NCBI GenBank assembly: GCA_030704615.1
Contig: CM060732.1
Location: 4,712,001 to 4,776,000, forward strand
DNA length: 64,000 nt
DNA from: Takakia lepidozioides
Taxonomy: Eukaryota; Plantae; Bryophyta
Direction of reading: 5' to 3'
Below, piece after piece: positions 38,241-52,089 of this stretch. Positions within the stretch are counted from its first letter, which is position 1, and the number at the start of each line of letters is the position of its first letter. The notes below the pieces were generated by a model. That model worked only from the letters and a program-made list of their open reading frames with translations, was not told the DNA's origin and did not search any database. The position numbers were made by a program, and so were the translations under genes.

Positions 38241-40662
38241 TTGGAGAGGGAGGAAGAAGTTACTTCAGTGCCACAGCCACCACAGCCAGTTGACTCGGTT
38301 GCCCCAGGGGTAACTCAGATTGTACATGTTGTCACACCGGAGCCTCTTGCTGTGGAAGGAGAAGGGTTGGACATCCCCACTACAGAGCAGGTAGTGGCAG
38401 AAATTGAGAAGGGTGACCTTCTCTATGAAAACTTTGGCATGGTCGGAGAACCAATAGTACCAACGAAACAGAGTCTGCCCAGGGAAATCCCTGCTGTGCA
38501 AGTTATGCCCAAACCTATGACAGAGGTTAAAGGGGTAGAGTGCAAGGGCACTACAGCACTTGTGGAGGATGAGGTTGCTCAGGAGGAAGATCATGTGGGA
38601 TCATGGCCTGAATGGTTGGTGAAACATCACACTGTGGAAAATCAGGAGGACCAGCAGCAAGTTCACCATGAAGACCCACAATATGCCATGTTTATGAGTT
38701 CCATAAGCAGGACACTTAATTTGTTGGGCACCTATGTGAAATCTCATGTTCCTTCCACACAATTGGCAGCATTGAGGGAGGAGCTCAAACAAGAGTTTGA
38801 AGCAAGAATTGCCACTGAGTGTGCAAATAAGGTGGATGTGGAGGCCAACCTTAAGTTGCAGAAAAAGTTGGAGGCTTTACAGCTTGCGAAGGAAAATTTG
38901 ATTGAAGCAGGTCTGGAGGAGGAGAAGTTGCATGAAGTACACAAGCAACAGTTATACCAGTTGCAAGTGAAGCATGAGAGCAAATTGCAGGAAGTGAAGT
39001 TGCTATATACAGAGTTGGAGGCAGTTCATCAGAAAATGACCATCCAATGTGTCACACTAACAACTACTCTGGAGCTGACTCCATTAGAAGTTAAGAATCA
39101 AGCTGACAGATGTTTGATGGTAGAAGTTGAGTTAGTGGAGCAGGCGAAACTCATTGCTGACTTGAAGGCTACTATCCGTCGCAAAGATGATACCTTTCAA
39201 CAGTACAGTCAGGTTGATGCTCAGAAGGGCAGGTACATCCTTGAGTTGCAGCAAATACTCACAGCACGAAAGAATGAGCTTTCTGTGACTAACAAGGCTT
39301 GGAAGGAAGCCAATAATCTGTCTGCTACCTATGCCGCTCTGGTTAAACCTCATGCAAAGTGCATGGAGGCCTTACAGTAGCAGTTGGATAGGTACAGACT
39401 CAAGGAGGAGCAGGATCTCCGTGGTGCTACCCAGGACTTGGTGGATAATCATCTTTTGCGAGAGTGGTTAGCACAAGGGCCAGTGGCAGGGAAGACACCC
39501 AGGAAGCTCACCTAGGAGGAGATGAATGATCTAATGCTACAGGTGCAGATCATTGCCACAACCACTATAGACAATGTCTATAGTCGGATAGCTGAGTTGC
39601 AGGATGATGTGGAAGGGCTGCAGACTCGAGTGGATGACTTGAGCTCCAACATTGACAAAAGAGCCTTTGTTCCTGAGGAACAGCTGGTGGCTGCTTATTT
39701 GCATGCGCGGACTCTGATTTTCCAATCTTCATCACAGGAGGTACAGGACTTGCCCACAACAGGAGAAACAGTGGCGCCAATATCACAGCAACCACAGCAG
39801 GTCAACACTGTTGATACCATGGCTTTGCAGCAATCTGAGGTTTGGGGGGATGCTTCTTTTAACCCACCTAAGACTCCTGCTACACTTGAGTACAATCGGG
39901 CTATGATTATGCCCTTCAACCAAATTCCCATTGTGATGGATTTGGCTTGGAAGGAATTCAGTCCTCCACAATCTTTGGCACACTATTACCAGATCATGCG
40001 CATTTGGCTGCCAGTGGCGACTTGGACTAAGGTTCTTCCAAATAACCGACCCATTGAAGATGACCATTTTGCAAGGTACTGGTCTGAGGCAGGCACCATG
40101 CTGAAGGAATTAATTGCCTTCCAGATTGTTCATGGGTACATCTACACCAAGACCAAGGAGGTACCTAGCCTGGTCATGGGTTGTGATTTATACTATGCTG
40201 CTTGTTTCATTGCACGCTATCACATTGAGCAGCAGAAGATGCAGACGAGATTTCACAGTTATTCCACTGGGGATCATTGGGTCTTACCTTCAATTCCACC
40301 CCATACGTATTTGTATGATGTGAGGATCATGTTGCAGAAGGATCCCCAACTTCGTTCTTGGTTCAATTTTGCTTTGGACAATTTGGCCAAAGAAAACTTG
40401 GGCCTTGACGATCTTTTTTATAAGGGACATGAAGCCAGGAAATACTTACACTGTTCCAAGGTCGTTGGCACACCCCTCACCTGTACGGACAAGGAGCTAC
40501 GGGAGTACACTAATTTTGCTCGCAAGAGATTGATGCAAGTTATAAAGTTTAAGCTTCTAGACATGGTGGGCAAACACTGTGTGTCACGCAGGATTCCCGA
40601 GAAGGTCAGAGCACCGAAAGCCCACAAGGGGGAAGATGATTATGATACTACTGGTTCTATGC
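38241..40662 (+). pseudogene. Long coiled-coil ORF, probable extra 5' ORF of an Ogre/Tat-like LTR element (5' part; continues at 60969)
   Basis: One frame with isolated TAG stops (39378, ~39514); E/Q/K/L-rich heptads; rejoins 60975-61489 in frame and is followed by gag. Confidence 0.55.
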
Positions 40663-40879
40663 AGGGATGCCTCGCGCGTGAGCCTGGTCACGTGAGCGCG
40701 TGAGCGCAACTGCGCTCACGCCACGTCACCTTGCGCAAATGCCACATCACGGGGCTCACTCCACGTCATCACACGTGAAGGCCGCGTCACCACGCGCCCA
40801 GAAAGAAGTGGAGTGTATTCCCGCGGATTAACACCCTTTACCGCGGAAACAAGCTGGACGACATAATAAAAGGCATTGA

Positions 40880-41190
40880 ATAAAGGATGGATGAATGTAC
40901 AGTTGGATGATAAACAGATGGATGAGTGTGAAAAATGAATGTAGATGGATGAATGAGGGATGGATAAGAGTAAAATGGATGAATGTATAATGGATGTTGA
41001 GCAATGACAAAAATTCGTGACAGGAAGATGCATGACCAAAACTTTTGACGAATGCACAACGTATATGAAATGAGTGTGGAAGGTTTGTGGGGTGGATTAA
41101 AGAGTACAGAGGATGAATGTACAATGGATGTTGAACAAAGGAAAAAATTCATGAATGGAGCACGATGAATGTACAATGGATATGAGAAGA
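40880..41190. repeat. Low-complexity (ATGGATGAATG)-like repeat region
   Basis: Recurrent GGATGAATGTA and ATGGATG. Confidence 0.6.
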
Positions 41191-41344
41191 GTCAGAGAGG
41201 TTTGTGAGATGGATTCATACATATTGCAATTTAAATGAAAGTTGATTCTGTGATTATTATTTGTTCTAAAGGAACAACTACGGTGGAGGAAGGGGATTCA
41301 ACGTTTTCCAGATAGTATGAAAATGAATATTAAAAGAATACAGT

Positions 41345-44300
41345 TCAGTCTGACTCAGAGTCAGTACAATGTATCCCCGCTTCCTCTGCATCTAAGTCTA
41401 AGTATTTTAGAACACCGGATCCACGCTGGATACACCTACGGCTGGCCACTAAAAAGTCAGGGGATAGGGACTCGGCCGCGTGAAGTGTCATTGCTTCGGC
41501 ATAAACAGGAAGCAGAAAATTGGAAAGGGGGCTGTCGAAAACAGACTCGCCAGAAATGACTGTATCTCCTGAAGATCCACCGCTGCCTTTCCTGAAAGAC
41601 AGCCTGAAAAAATTATTACTGTAACTTTGATGTTATTAAGAAATTGAGTATGGCTCCCAAAGAGGGTTTAGCACTTACTCACATGAAAAGTCGTTGTCGA
41701 CCTGCTTATCTTCGGGATCGTCATCATTTCGAATTTGAATCCGATCAGTCTGTGTGCCTGAAGTGGAGCCAGACGAAAGGGGGAGGAGCACTGTGTTGTA
41801 GAGGTCAGAATCACCCTCTATGCCAAAAAGGCTTCTTCCGCCTGCCTTGCATGCATGGTAAGTTGCTCCTGCACCAGACAGGAGGACATGAACAGTTTGG
41901 TGGGGGGGATTTAAGCAGATGAAACTGTTGAAAGAAAACCAATTCGGAAGGGAAAGAACGAACCTGTGGACACAGAAAGATCGACCACCCGTGCAGAGCG
42001 GTGGCTGCATGACTCCAGCAGTATTTGCATGAACGCTAGGGACTTTTCCTTTGCACCTCTCCAGGGAGTGTCATCTGGTCTCTTCAGAGTCTGACTAGAC
42101 TGCATGAAGTTGTACAAAATGTCATCGACATGGGGCTCATAGGGGGGGTTGACGAAACAACCCTGGTCAGAAATCTCAAAGCGTGGATGGAGGATGGTGT
42201 CTTTGAGGTGCGAATCCTCCGCAGGTAGATCGCCTCGAACATCCTCGTCTGCCAAAGATAGCAGGTTAGTGTGGTAAACACAATCTATAGTGGAAGTGTG
42301 TACATCGGCTATTCAGAACTTAGACACAAAAAAATCATTTTTTATCACGAATCGGTGATGATCGGTGTCGATCATAACAGATTCTACTAGAGTGGAGCTG
42401 CAGAGAACATTGAAACTCATCATGAAAGCACAAGCAGAAGGGAGACGGCATACCAGCTGACTAGGGAAACCCCCTTTCACAAGGTAGAGGCTGTTCACAC
42501 AATTCCATGTGCGCAAAACTTCAAACCCTGAAGACTTGAGGTATGATGCCAATGCCCGACGACTATCATTGTCACATGACTGAAAAAGCAGAAGTGTCCC
42601 TGCATCAGAGAGGAAGTTATTACAGAACCCGAACACCCAACTCCAGTAGTTGTCCTCGAATTTGTTCCAGCCTGGCGTCTTGCCCTTTGGAAGAACTTCT
42701 AGCACAGCCTGGCCATCCGGGATGTCGAGAATGACAATGTCGGCCGCATAAGTTTTCTGCACACCGCACACGAAGGTGGGACCTGTGCTCACCTGCAACA
42801 GACATGTTTTTTATAAGAACGAAAGCAAGAATGTTTTCAAAGAACGAGATTGAAATACTGCCAACGAAACTTTCAGAGAAAAAGGAAAGAAACTGGAATT
42901 CTCACCAGATTGAGGAATGAGATTATATTGTCCCAGGTAGGCGATGGCACCCCAGTGTATCCTCTCTTTCGACTCTGCATCATCGACAGCCAACCCTCAT
43001 TAACAATTTTCATCTCTCCTGCCGAATCAGAACGGGAAGGGTGTGGCTTGGCATCGAACACGCACTGAACAGTGCGGGTATATCTTCCAGCAGTAAAGTC
43101 CTGCCCACTCTCCATCTCCTTTTCTTTCTCCTTCCCCTTGTCCTTTTCCTTCTCTTTGGACTTGTCTTTGTCCTTTGGCTTTGCTGGTGAGATGGCTATG
43201 ACATCAAGAGCCTTGTCTTTTGGTTTGCGGCCCGCCTTCTTTCCCTTCTGCGGCGTTCCCTGAGCATCAGGCTCCTTGGCAGCCAATGTTGCTATGTTTC
43301 GTTGGTATTCTTCGTCAGTCAAAGGCGCCAGCATCTCAGCGTTATTGTTCAAGTATTTCATATGTTGTTCTTGAAAGGTCGTGTGCTCCGGTGGGCAGTC
43401 AAGGTACCACCCACAGTCTCTGAAGTGAGAAGGACTCCAGTCCTTCAATATCCCTACAGTATACATGGTTGGATCGTTTGCAGGGTCCGGCCACATGTCA
43501 AGATAGTCTGGAATTCCGCTCAGGTGATTTCCTTCCATAAGCACATATTTCGTGTACCTGAAAAAAAAAGATAAATCCCAACCCACAAAAGCGCTCAGTG
43601 AGTAAGATGCAAGTAGAACAGAATGAAAAAAACATAGATTGAAATGGCTCTGAGAACTGCTCCAAGGACCTTTCAGGACCACACGAATGCTCCTGATGTG
43701 AATGTCGTCAACGCCATTCAAAACATTCCATTCAATGATACTGTAAATACACCCTAATCCAAGTGAATGCAAACTATCGTTTTGGAATGACACAGACATA
43801 GAAGTGAATGTCGTCAACGACATTCACTAATCAAGCCTAATTATTCCTCAAATGAAGCAAAATCACAGGATGGAAATCATAAACTCGAGTAAGGAACCCT
43901 CCAGGAAAACTCAATGCACATTCATAACGAACATATCACTGAGGACCTCACAACAACACTGTATGTGAATGGCGTCAACGCCATTCACAAAAATACCAAC
44001 AAGGAACCAATTACTTAGCTCCCAATCCATGTAAATTCAAATTGTCGCTGTTGAATAATACAGACACAGAAGTGAATGTCGTCAACGACATTCACTTTGG
44101 ATTTCTCATAACAGAGCTTATCAAGCCTCCAGATTCCTCGCAAGAGGCAAAAACAATGCAGAACAACTGAATGTCTGCATTGATATTCAGCAAAATGAAG
44201 TGAGGAACCCTCACTGTAACCTCTATGGACATTACAAAAATTTACATAACTCTGAGGACCTCTCAACAACTCCGGATGTGAATGTCGTCAACGCCATTCA

Positions 44301-45473
44301 AGGACATTATCAATTCTAATCAGGGACACTATAATTACACCCTTAGATCCTAACCAGGTGAATTCATATACTCGCTTAAGAATGACTCAGACAAAGAAGT
44401 GAATGTCGTCAACGACATTCAATCTGGATCTATGATTGCAATCCTTATGAAGCCACATTTTTTCCCGCAGTAGAGTTTCAAGTATGACATTGCACCTGTA
44501 CACAACTCGCATCATGGCCCACTCTCCTCCAACCTGACTGTCAAAGTCGTTGGACCGTAAAATGTTACCATCTTTGGAGAACTCCCGGAAAAAACAGTAT
44601 CTCCAAGTGAGACCTCTCCACTTCCTTATGTATGCCTCCAATGACATTTGGGGAGGGGAAACAATCGAAATGTTCAGGTCCTTCAAAGTCTGGTCCAGCA
44701 CAATGACGGCACGTTTTTCGAGCTGCAAATAGTATATTTGTCAGAATTGCAAATAAGATACTCATCACATACTTGAAGAGAAGAAAACGGCATGTTTGAA
44801 TACACACCTGACTCCAAAATGTAGCCTTGTGGAGCCAGTTATCAAACACCAAATCACTGATTCCTTCCACCTTTGTGCCAGGCTGTATGGTGCTCTTTGG
44901 GAACTGATTCAAGTCCTTTACTGTTTGATCTGATATCTCCAGCCACCTTATTTTTGTTTGTGGGTCGACCATCGATATGACCAGCCGGTGCAATTTCTCC
45001 TGCTGCATCTCCGGATGCATATGCTTGTCATAGTGTGTTTTGATCTGCTGAAGGAACTCAGGACCAAGTCCAGGATCTACTATTCTAAGCTGCTTTCCGA
45101 AGGCGGACATCAATTTGGTTCTTCGCATTTCAAACTCCTTCTTTATTGCAGCTTCCACACCCTTTGATGTCCTTAGTTCCTCTGGTGTAGTGCAGTAATA
45201 TTAGGATTTTCCCTTCTCAGCTGCCTCTGCCAGTTCTTGCTGCATTGATTCAAGTAGTGATTAGCTCCGAAGGGACTACAAACATGTATTCGAAAACTAA
45301 ACAGAGTACCGACTCGGGCTTACCGCATACATGTACTCCAGAAACGCCCCTCGTGTCAAAGAATACCAAGTGCCTGCAGCTCTTCCTGTTTCGCACTTCT
45401 TGATGATATTGGGTGGTAGTACTGTCCGAAAATCATCCAGCTTCATCAGACCAATCCTCTGAATTCGGAATAC
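41345..45473 (-). pseudogene. Partner gene copy B: multi-exon protein with C-terminal beta-class N4/N6 DNA methyltransferase-like domain
   Basis: Exon 42454-42792 ADIVILDIPD..FLSDAGTLLLF (motif IV/VI-like); exon ~41964-42248 FVNPPY..PWRGAKEKSLAFMQILLESCS..VVDLSVSTG; exon ~41680-41868 ATYHACKAGGRSLFGIEGD (motifs X-I-II); order IV..X-I is beta class; a stop and a probable frameshift present. Confidence 0.7.
43698..44421. repeat. Six intronic palindromes GTGAATG(T/G)CGT-CA-ACG(A/C)CATTCAC
   Basis: Copies at 43698, 43804, 43965, 44072, 44278, 44399; ~268-bp higher-order unit. Confidence 0.9.
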
Positions 45474-47294
45474 AATGACAAGGGGGGCTCAAGCAGTGTG
45501 CGTCAACGCACACTGTTTGAGCTGCCACGTAAGTGTGGATTGAGCCTGACAGAGATGCCATTTTGTGGCCGTTTTGAACAAGAAAAACAAGGCAAAAAAC
45601 AAGGCAAAATGGGGGCTCAAACAGTGTGCGTTGCCGCACACTGTTTGAGCTTCCAAATAGGGGTGGAATGAACATTACAGAGATGCCCCTGTGTGCACGA
45701 TTTTCACTTGAAAAAAACAATGACAAGGGGGGCTCAAACAGTGTGCGTCAACGCACACTGTTTGAGCTGCCACATAAGTGTGGATTGAGCCTGACAGAGA
45801 TGCCATCTATGGCCGTTTTGAACAAGAAAAACAAGGCAAAAAGCAGGGCCAAATGGGGGTTCAAACAGTGTGCGTTGCCGCACACTGTTTGAGCTTCCAA
45901 AGAGGGGTGGAATGAACCTTACAAAGAGGCCCCTGTATGCATGATTTTCACATGAAAAACACAAGCAAAAAAGGGGCTCAAACAGTGTGCATCAACACAC
46001 ACTGTCTGAGCTTCCAATAAGGGGTGATTTGAACTTATCATAGTGGCTATGAGCGGCCGATTTTCAAATCAAAAAACAGGCACTGAAGGGGGCACACAGT
46101 TTGAGCTTCCCAATAGTGGTGGAATGAACCTTACAGAGAGGCCCCTGTGTGCACGAAATAGTGTGCGTTCCCGCACAATAAAGGGTGGATTGAACATGCC
46201 AGAGTGGCCCTTTGTGCAAGATTTCCACACCAAAAAACAAGGCAAAGGGGGGCTCAAACAGTGTGCGTTGACGCACACTGTTTGAGCTGCCACTTAAGTG
46301 TGGATTCAGCCTGTCAGAGATGCCATATGTGGCCGACTTTTACATGAATTACACAATGAGAAGGGGGGCTCAAAGAGTGTGCGTTGACGCACACTGTTTG
46401 AGCTTCCAGCTAATTGTGGTTGTACCTCAAAAGACATGCCCTATGTGGCCGATTTTAACATGAAACAAATAATGAGAAGGGGGGCTCAAACAGTGTGCGT
46501 TGACGCACACTGTTTGAGTTGCCAGCTAATTGTGGTTGTACCTCAAAAGACATGCCCTATGTGGCGGATTTTAGCATGAAACAAATAAAAAGAAGGAGGG
46601 CTCAAACAGTGTGCGTTGACGCACACTGTTTGAGCTGCCACTTAAGAGTGGATTCAGCCTGTCCAAGATGCCATTTGTGGTCGATTTTACATGAATTACA
46701 CAACGAGATGGGGGGCTCAAACAGTGTACGTTGACGCACACTGTTTGAGCTGCCAGGTAATTGTGGTTGAACCTCAAAACAAATGCCCTAAGATTGCAGA
46801 TTTGGACATGAAACAAACAATGAGAAGGGGGGCTCAAACAGTGTGCGTTGACGCACACTGTTTGAGCTTCCAGGTAAGTGTGGATTCAACCTGCCTAAGT
46901 GGCCCTGTGTGCACGATTTCCAAACCAAAAACCAAGGCAAAAGGGGGCCTAAAACAGTGTGCGTTGATGCACACTGTTTGAGCTGCCAGGTAAGTTTGAC
47001 AGAGATGCCCTTTGTGGCCAATTTTAACATGAGAACATAATGTCAAGTGGGGGCTCAAACAGTGTGCGTTGCCGCACACTGTTTGAGCTTCCAAGTGGGG
47101 GTGGAATGAACCTTAAAGAGAGGCCCCTGTGTGCACGATTTTCATATGAAAAAAACAATGAGAAGGTGGGCTCAAACAGTGTGCGTTGCCGCACACTGTT
47201 TGAGCTTCCAAATAGTGGAGGATTGAACCAGACAGACATGCCCGTTTTGGGCCGGATTTGGGTATCAAAAAACAAGCACAAAGTTGGGGCTCAA
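45474..47294. repeat. Satellite of ~15 units (~105-128 bp), each with 36-bp palindrome GCTCAAACAGTGTGCGT-NN-ACGCACACTGTTTGAGC
   Basis: Seen directly; inter-palindrome segments are mutually homologous. Confidence 0.95.
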
Positions 47295-47329
47295 GCGGCC
47301 GGCGTTGGCGTACGTCATATCCACTGCCA

Positions 47330-47480
47330 CTATCCCAAGCAGTGTGGACATAACCAATCTCCATCAGGAACCCTCTCAAGAGGTGGTGTCAAGCATCTCA
47401 CGTGCCAACCTCTTGAGCATCGATCACACACTAGCATAGTGGTGGCACCACGAGCTTGCCCACATAGCATGCAACGCAAT
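47330..47480 (-). CDS. PHD finger at the pol C-terminus
   Basis: CMLC..MLVCDRCSRGWHVRCLTPPLERVPDGDWLCPHC (C4HC3). Confidence 0.92.
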
Positions 47481-47679
47481 CCTGTAGGTACCACTGCAAG
47501 GTTGGGATCTATCCTCCCATCCACATGTGAAAGGTGACATGGCGCACAATTACGCACATGGTCCTTCCATACCATGCCATCTCGACCCTCCAGAATCAAT
47601 ACTCCTGAAGGCAACACCTTTTCCTGACCCTTAGAATCACACGTCCTGCTGTGACATCCAAGGTTGTAGGCGCTGTCTG

Positions 47680-48750
47680 CTATAGATACACATAGTCCCC
47701 AGGGTGGAAACGCCGAACACCTGGCCGATATCCCCCTCCACGTATAGTGGCATACCTCAATGTGTCTCGGTGTTGGGCAATAGCAAGATTCTCAAAAGCC
47801 ATAGGGACTCTCTTGAACAACTCTGCCCGTTGGGCACATGCTTGTGTCCACACATCCGGATCATCAAGGTTGAGGACTATTGCAGCCACCCTGCGAATAG
47901 ATGCAGGAAAATCCAGCTCTCGGCCAAAGAGAAGGAAATATGGTGAGAAGGAGGCAAGTGATGCTTGCTTGCTGAACCTGTAGCCCATGGCTAACCAGGG
48001 TACCTGAAGATCCCAATCTCCTAGGTGTCCCTTTTGCAAGCCATACTTGCACAAACCCCTCTTCACTGTCTGAACCACTCTCTCTGCCAAGCCATCGGCC
48101 TCAGGATGATCCCGAGAAGTGGTACGGTGGTCTATCAAGGCTTTATCACACAAAGCCTGAAACTCCCCCAAGAACTCTCTTCCTTGGTACGTGAGTACCT
48201 CAGCTGGAGCACCGAATCGGCTAAGTACACGATCCAGGAATGCATACGCAGCCCCCTCACTAGCCTTGTCAGGCAATGGAACCAACTCAATCCACTTAGA
48301 GAAGTGCTCCACCATCACCAACACATAACTGTGGTGACGCATCGTTAGTGGCAAAGGCCCTACAAAGTCAAGACTCCACCTGTAGCCCAATCCCATGATG
48401 GGTAAATGATGCAACTGTGGTGTAGGGGCGTTGAATGAAGCACGAACCCTGTCACACACCATGCACCTAGCCACGAACTGTTGCACCTCTGTGTGCATAC
48501 CACGCCACCAATACTGCCCCTGCAGTAAACTATGAGTGCGTCGCACTCCAAAATGCCCCAACTCCTCATGGGCATGCCGCACTAACCGTGCACGCTGTGT
48601 TGGGTGAGGCACGATCCTCACCCGACCATCCTCCCACATTCGAAGTAGGTGTATCCCCTCCCACTTGAACCTCTTGGCTCGTTGCAGGATCCGATCCCTC
48701 TCCTTGGCAGTCACACTAGCTGCCGTGTCTCCAGTGCGGAGGTAGTCCAA
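47680..48750 (-). pseudogene. Gypsy integrase (H2C2 zinc finger, rve core, GPY/F-like)
   Basis: HEELGH..CMVC; WSLDFVGP; LT(Y)QGREF; GLAERVVQ; FHPGDYVY. Confidence 0.92.
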
Positions 48751-48912
48751 TACAACCGAATCCTCATGTATATCTCTAGTACCACCTGGCTCATCACTAG
48801 CCTTAGGGTCCTCAGACACTCCGTCTACAGTCATCTCTGTTGTAGGTCCAACCTGACCTCCCGATGCCAAGATACACAAAAAGGCAGATGCATGCTATCC
48901 TGGCACCATCTC

Positions 48913-50299
48913 CTAGTCCGTCTCACCATGCCACCGAGCTCTAGTGTCATCCTGCTTACTCGTGCATGGATTGTGATTCAATCCATTTGCATCCCTATTG
49001 ACCAAACCCGGTCGATGCACAACCTGAAAGTCATACTCTTGGAGTATAAGTGCCCACCGTGAAAGCTTCCCCGTAAGCTTGTCTGACTCCATCAACCACT
49101 TTAGTGGCTGGTGATCCGTGACAAGGGTGAAGAGACTGCCATATAGATAGCACCTGAAGTGTGCCACGGCCCACACGGCTAAGCACTCCCCCTCATATGA
49201 GCTATACTTAGACTCTGTAGCGTTGTTCGAGCGGCTAACATAAGCCACTACGAACTCTCTTCCCTCATCATCCACCTGTGTGAGCACCGCTCCAAGCCCC
49301 AACATGCTCCAATCTGTATGCACATGAAAGGGACGCCCCCTGATAGGAAGTCTCAAGATCGACGCCGAGGTCAACCTCGCCTTGAGCTCCTGAAAAGCTC
49401 GCTCTTGCTCATCTTCCCACTGCCACTCCCGGTCTACCTTGGTCAGCTTGGTTAGAGCCTTTGCAATAGCACTAAATCCCTTGACAAACCGTCTATAAGT
49501 TTGCCAACCCCATGAAAGCTCGAACTCGGCTCACATCCGTGGGACGTGGAATCTGTGCGATAGCCTCTACCTTAGTGTGCTGCACCCCCAATCCTCCAGG
49601 ATATATCATGTGGCCTAGATACTCAATCTGGTTGTGGAAGAACTTGCACTTCCCTGGATGTATTTTCAATCCGTGCATTCTCAAGCGCTCAAACACCACT
49701 TGAAGGTGTCTCTCGTGCTCCTCCACCGTAGCACTAAAGATGATGATGTCATCTATGTAGCACCGAGCAAAGTCTACCCCTGCTAGAATCCTGTCCATGA
49801 CTCTCTGGAACTCTGCAGGAGCGTTCTTAAGCCCGAATGGTAAGAATCGCCACTGATATAGGCAATCCTTCCCGTGCTCATTGATCCCCCAGAATGTCGT
49901 CTTCTGCTTGTCCGCCTCCTTGATCGGCAACTGGTGATATCTAGACCGCAAGTCCAGAGTGCTACAGACCTTGGCATGCCCAATGGCATCAAAGATCTCC
50001 TCCAGTGTGGGCATGGCATACTTATCGGACTTGGTCTGACGATTTACAGGCCGGTAGTCACCGCACATACGTTTCTCCGTCCAATTGCCATAGACATCCT
50101 TCTTGGCTAGCATTACCGTGGCTGAAGCATACTCTCCAGCAAAGAGCTCCACCAAACTAGCCTCCCAGAGATCTTGAGTCCTCATCTGAATCAAAGACCT
50201 CTCCATGTCACTGTATCTATAGGGTCTCCGAAAGATTGGCGTGTCCGTGGCCAACTCAATACGAATCTCCTGACCCTTCAGTGCTCCCAAATCCTTCAA
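48913..50299 (-). pseudogene. Reverse transcriptase and RNase H
   Basis: RMCGDYRPVN, LDLRSRYHQ, LPFGLKNAP, YIDDII; VHTDWS..GAVL, LVTDHQPL. Confidence 0.95.
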
Positions 50300-50749
50300 A
50301 CTGAAGGCAAAGCAATTCCTGTAAGCCCTCAGGAACCGCCGTATACATCGTCTCTCTCCTCCAGTTACAATGGGTCCAATGTCAGGCTCCCAATTGTCCT
50401 CCGTAACTGCAACCTTAAGTCCAGCAGACTTAGAGGTAGGAGATGCGTCCCGTGGTTGCTATGCCGCAACCTCATGAGCAGTACTCCCTGCCTGCTCAGT
50501 CAATGACAAGGCCTCATCCTGCCCCATCATCTCATCCTTGAGGACCTCCTCAACCCGAGAAGAATCCCCAACCTCATCCATCACAGCCGCCTTGGCTGCC
50601 AACTCCCTCTGAACCTCAAGCACCTCCCACGTGTGCCATGGATGTCTACACCCCGTGGTCTTCACCGGCTCGCCCCCACTCACTGCCTGTACTGTCTCGG
50701 TAGGCAGAGAGACCGTCAAAGGAAGTGCACTCCGCACTCTACGTTGCTC

Positions 50750-51700
50750 AGCCATAGCCAAGCTGATAATCCAGGTCATCCATCGCTTGCCCCAACACCT
50801 GACGACGTGATGCCTCAGAAAGAGAAGGCACCGCCGTGGTCCCAGTGGAAAAATCCATAGCCCGCTCTCGCTCGTCGGCATTAGGCTCCACTAACTGCTG
50901 CAGCTGAGCATCCCACATGAGGCCAGGTCCACCATCCCGGAAAGCATGGGATCCTGGGAAGCTGAGCAGTGTAGGTAGTGCTGCTCGTGGTTGACCCACC
51001 TTGTTGACCACTGCCAAAGGCGAACGGTCATCGTGTCTCACACGCTGAGACTGCCTCCCTGTGTCCAAAATGCTATCCACTGTGAGGTGTGCTGGCCGCT
51101 GCACCCCATCAAATGCACACTTGAGCAGTGCGGTGGCATCAAGTTAGTCCACCATAACCGTGGACGATGAGCCCGTGACCCCACTGCAGATGCATCTAGC
51201 AACACTGCTGACCCAAGCCACGACCGGACTTAATGCACACTGGCCATCACCCTGACCCGAGAATTGCCCATCAGTGGCACATTCTCCAAGATGTATGCTG
51301 GAGATACAGCTTGATGAAGGTGTAAATGACGCAAAACCCGCACCATCTCCCAAAACAGACCCAACCTCGAGTCTTGCAATCCATTGCCATGCCCGGCTGA
51401 TGAATGCCCTTGGCAGGGCCAACCTGCCACTACCAAATCAATGGAGCCAACCCTCTCCAAATCCTGCGCCCCCAGCAAAGAGATGTCTGCTGGCAAGGCC
51501 TGCTGATATCCACGAACTGCAGACACCGGCAACAACTCGGGGTACTGCTACACCAACTGAGCAACATGACGGAGTGAGACGCGTCGTGCGGTCTCATCCC
51601 TCTTCACATACAAGTAACGCCGTACTCGTACACCTGCCTGTAGAACAGCAGCCAACCCGGTGCTGATCCCGCCAAACAAGTCCAGAAGGCAAATGCCTTC
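50750..51700 (-). pseudogene. Dnmt3-like C5 cytosine DNA methyltransferase domain inside pol
   Basis: Motif I LLDLFGGISTG, IV DLVVAGWPCQG, VI YILENV, VIII RAHRPRLWWTN, IX-X ERERAM.F..LGQAMD; starts in frame with the protease; two stops and a frameshift. Confidence 0.9.
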
Positions 51701-52089
51701 ATCCGGACACTGCCACATGATCGGTGTGGTGTCCAATGGTGACATCTGAGGTGGTCCTGGTGCAATCCCCGCACTGTCCTCCTCTCCTGACGGTACAAAA
51801 GCCTCTACCCAGGCTTGTTGCACACGACAATCAGCAACCCGCTGCAAATCCTTGCTCAAACCCCACAATGGAGTGTGAGCAACCATGGCAGACAACTCCG
51901 CCATACCATATATGTCATCCTGCTCTCCTAGAGGTGACACATCCTCTGAATGAGTGTTGCCATCCAACAATTCTCTAGGCCAAGTCACTGCAGCTGTGAA
52001 TGCTGCCAGTGTTGGCATCTTGCCTCGCTGGGCAACCGCAACTCCTCCTATAAACGTCACAGGCCGGCCCTCCCCTAACTGCCATCCAG

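Noticed and set aside
45474-47294. CRISPR-like array (36-bp palindromic repeat with spacers)
   Set aside because: Spacers are ~70-90 bp and homologous to each other, there are no cas genes, and the context is eukaryotic; it is a satellite
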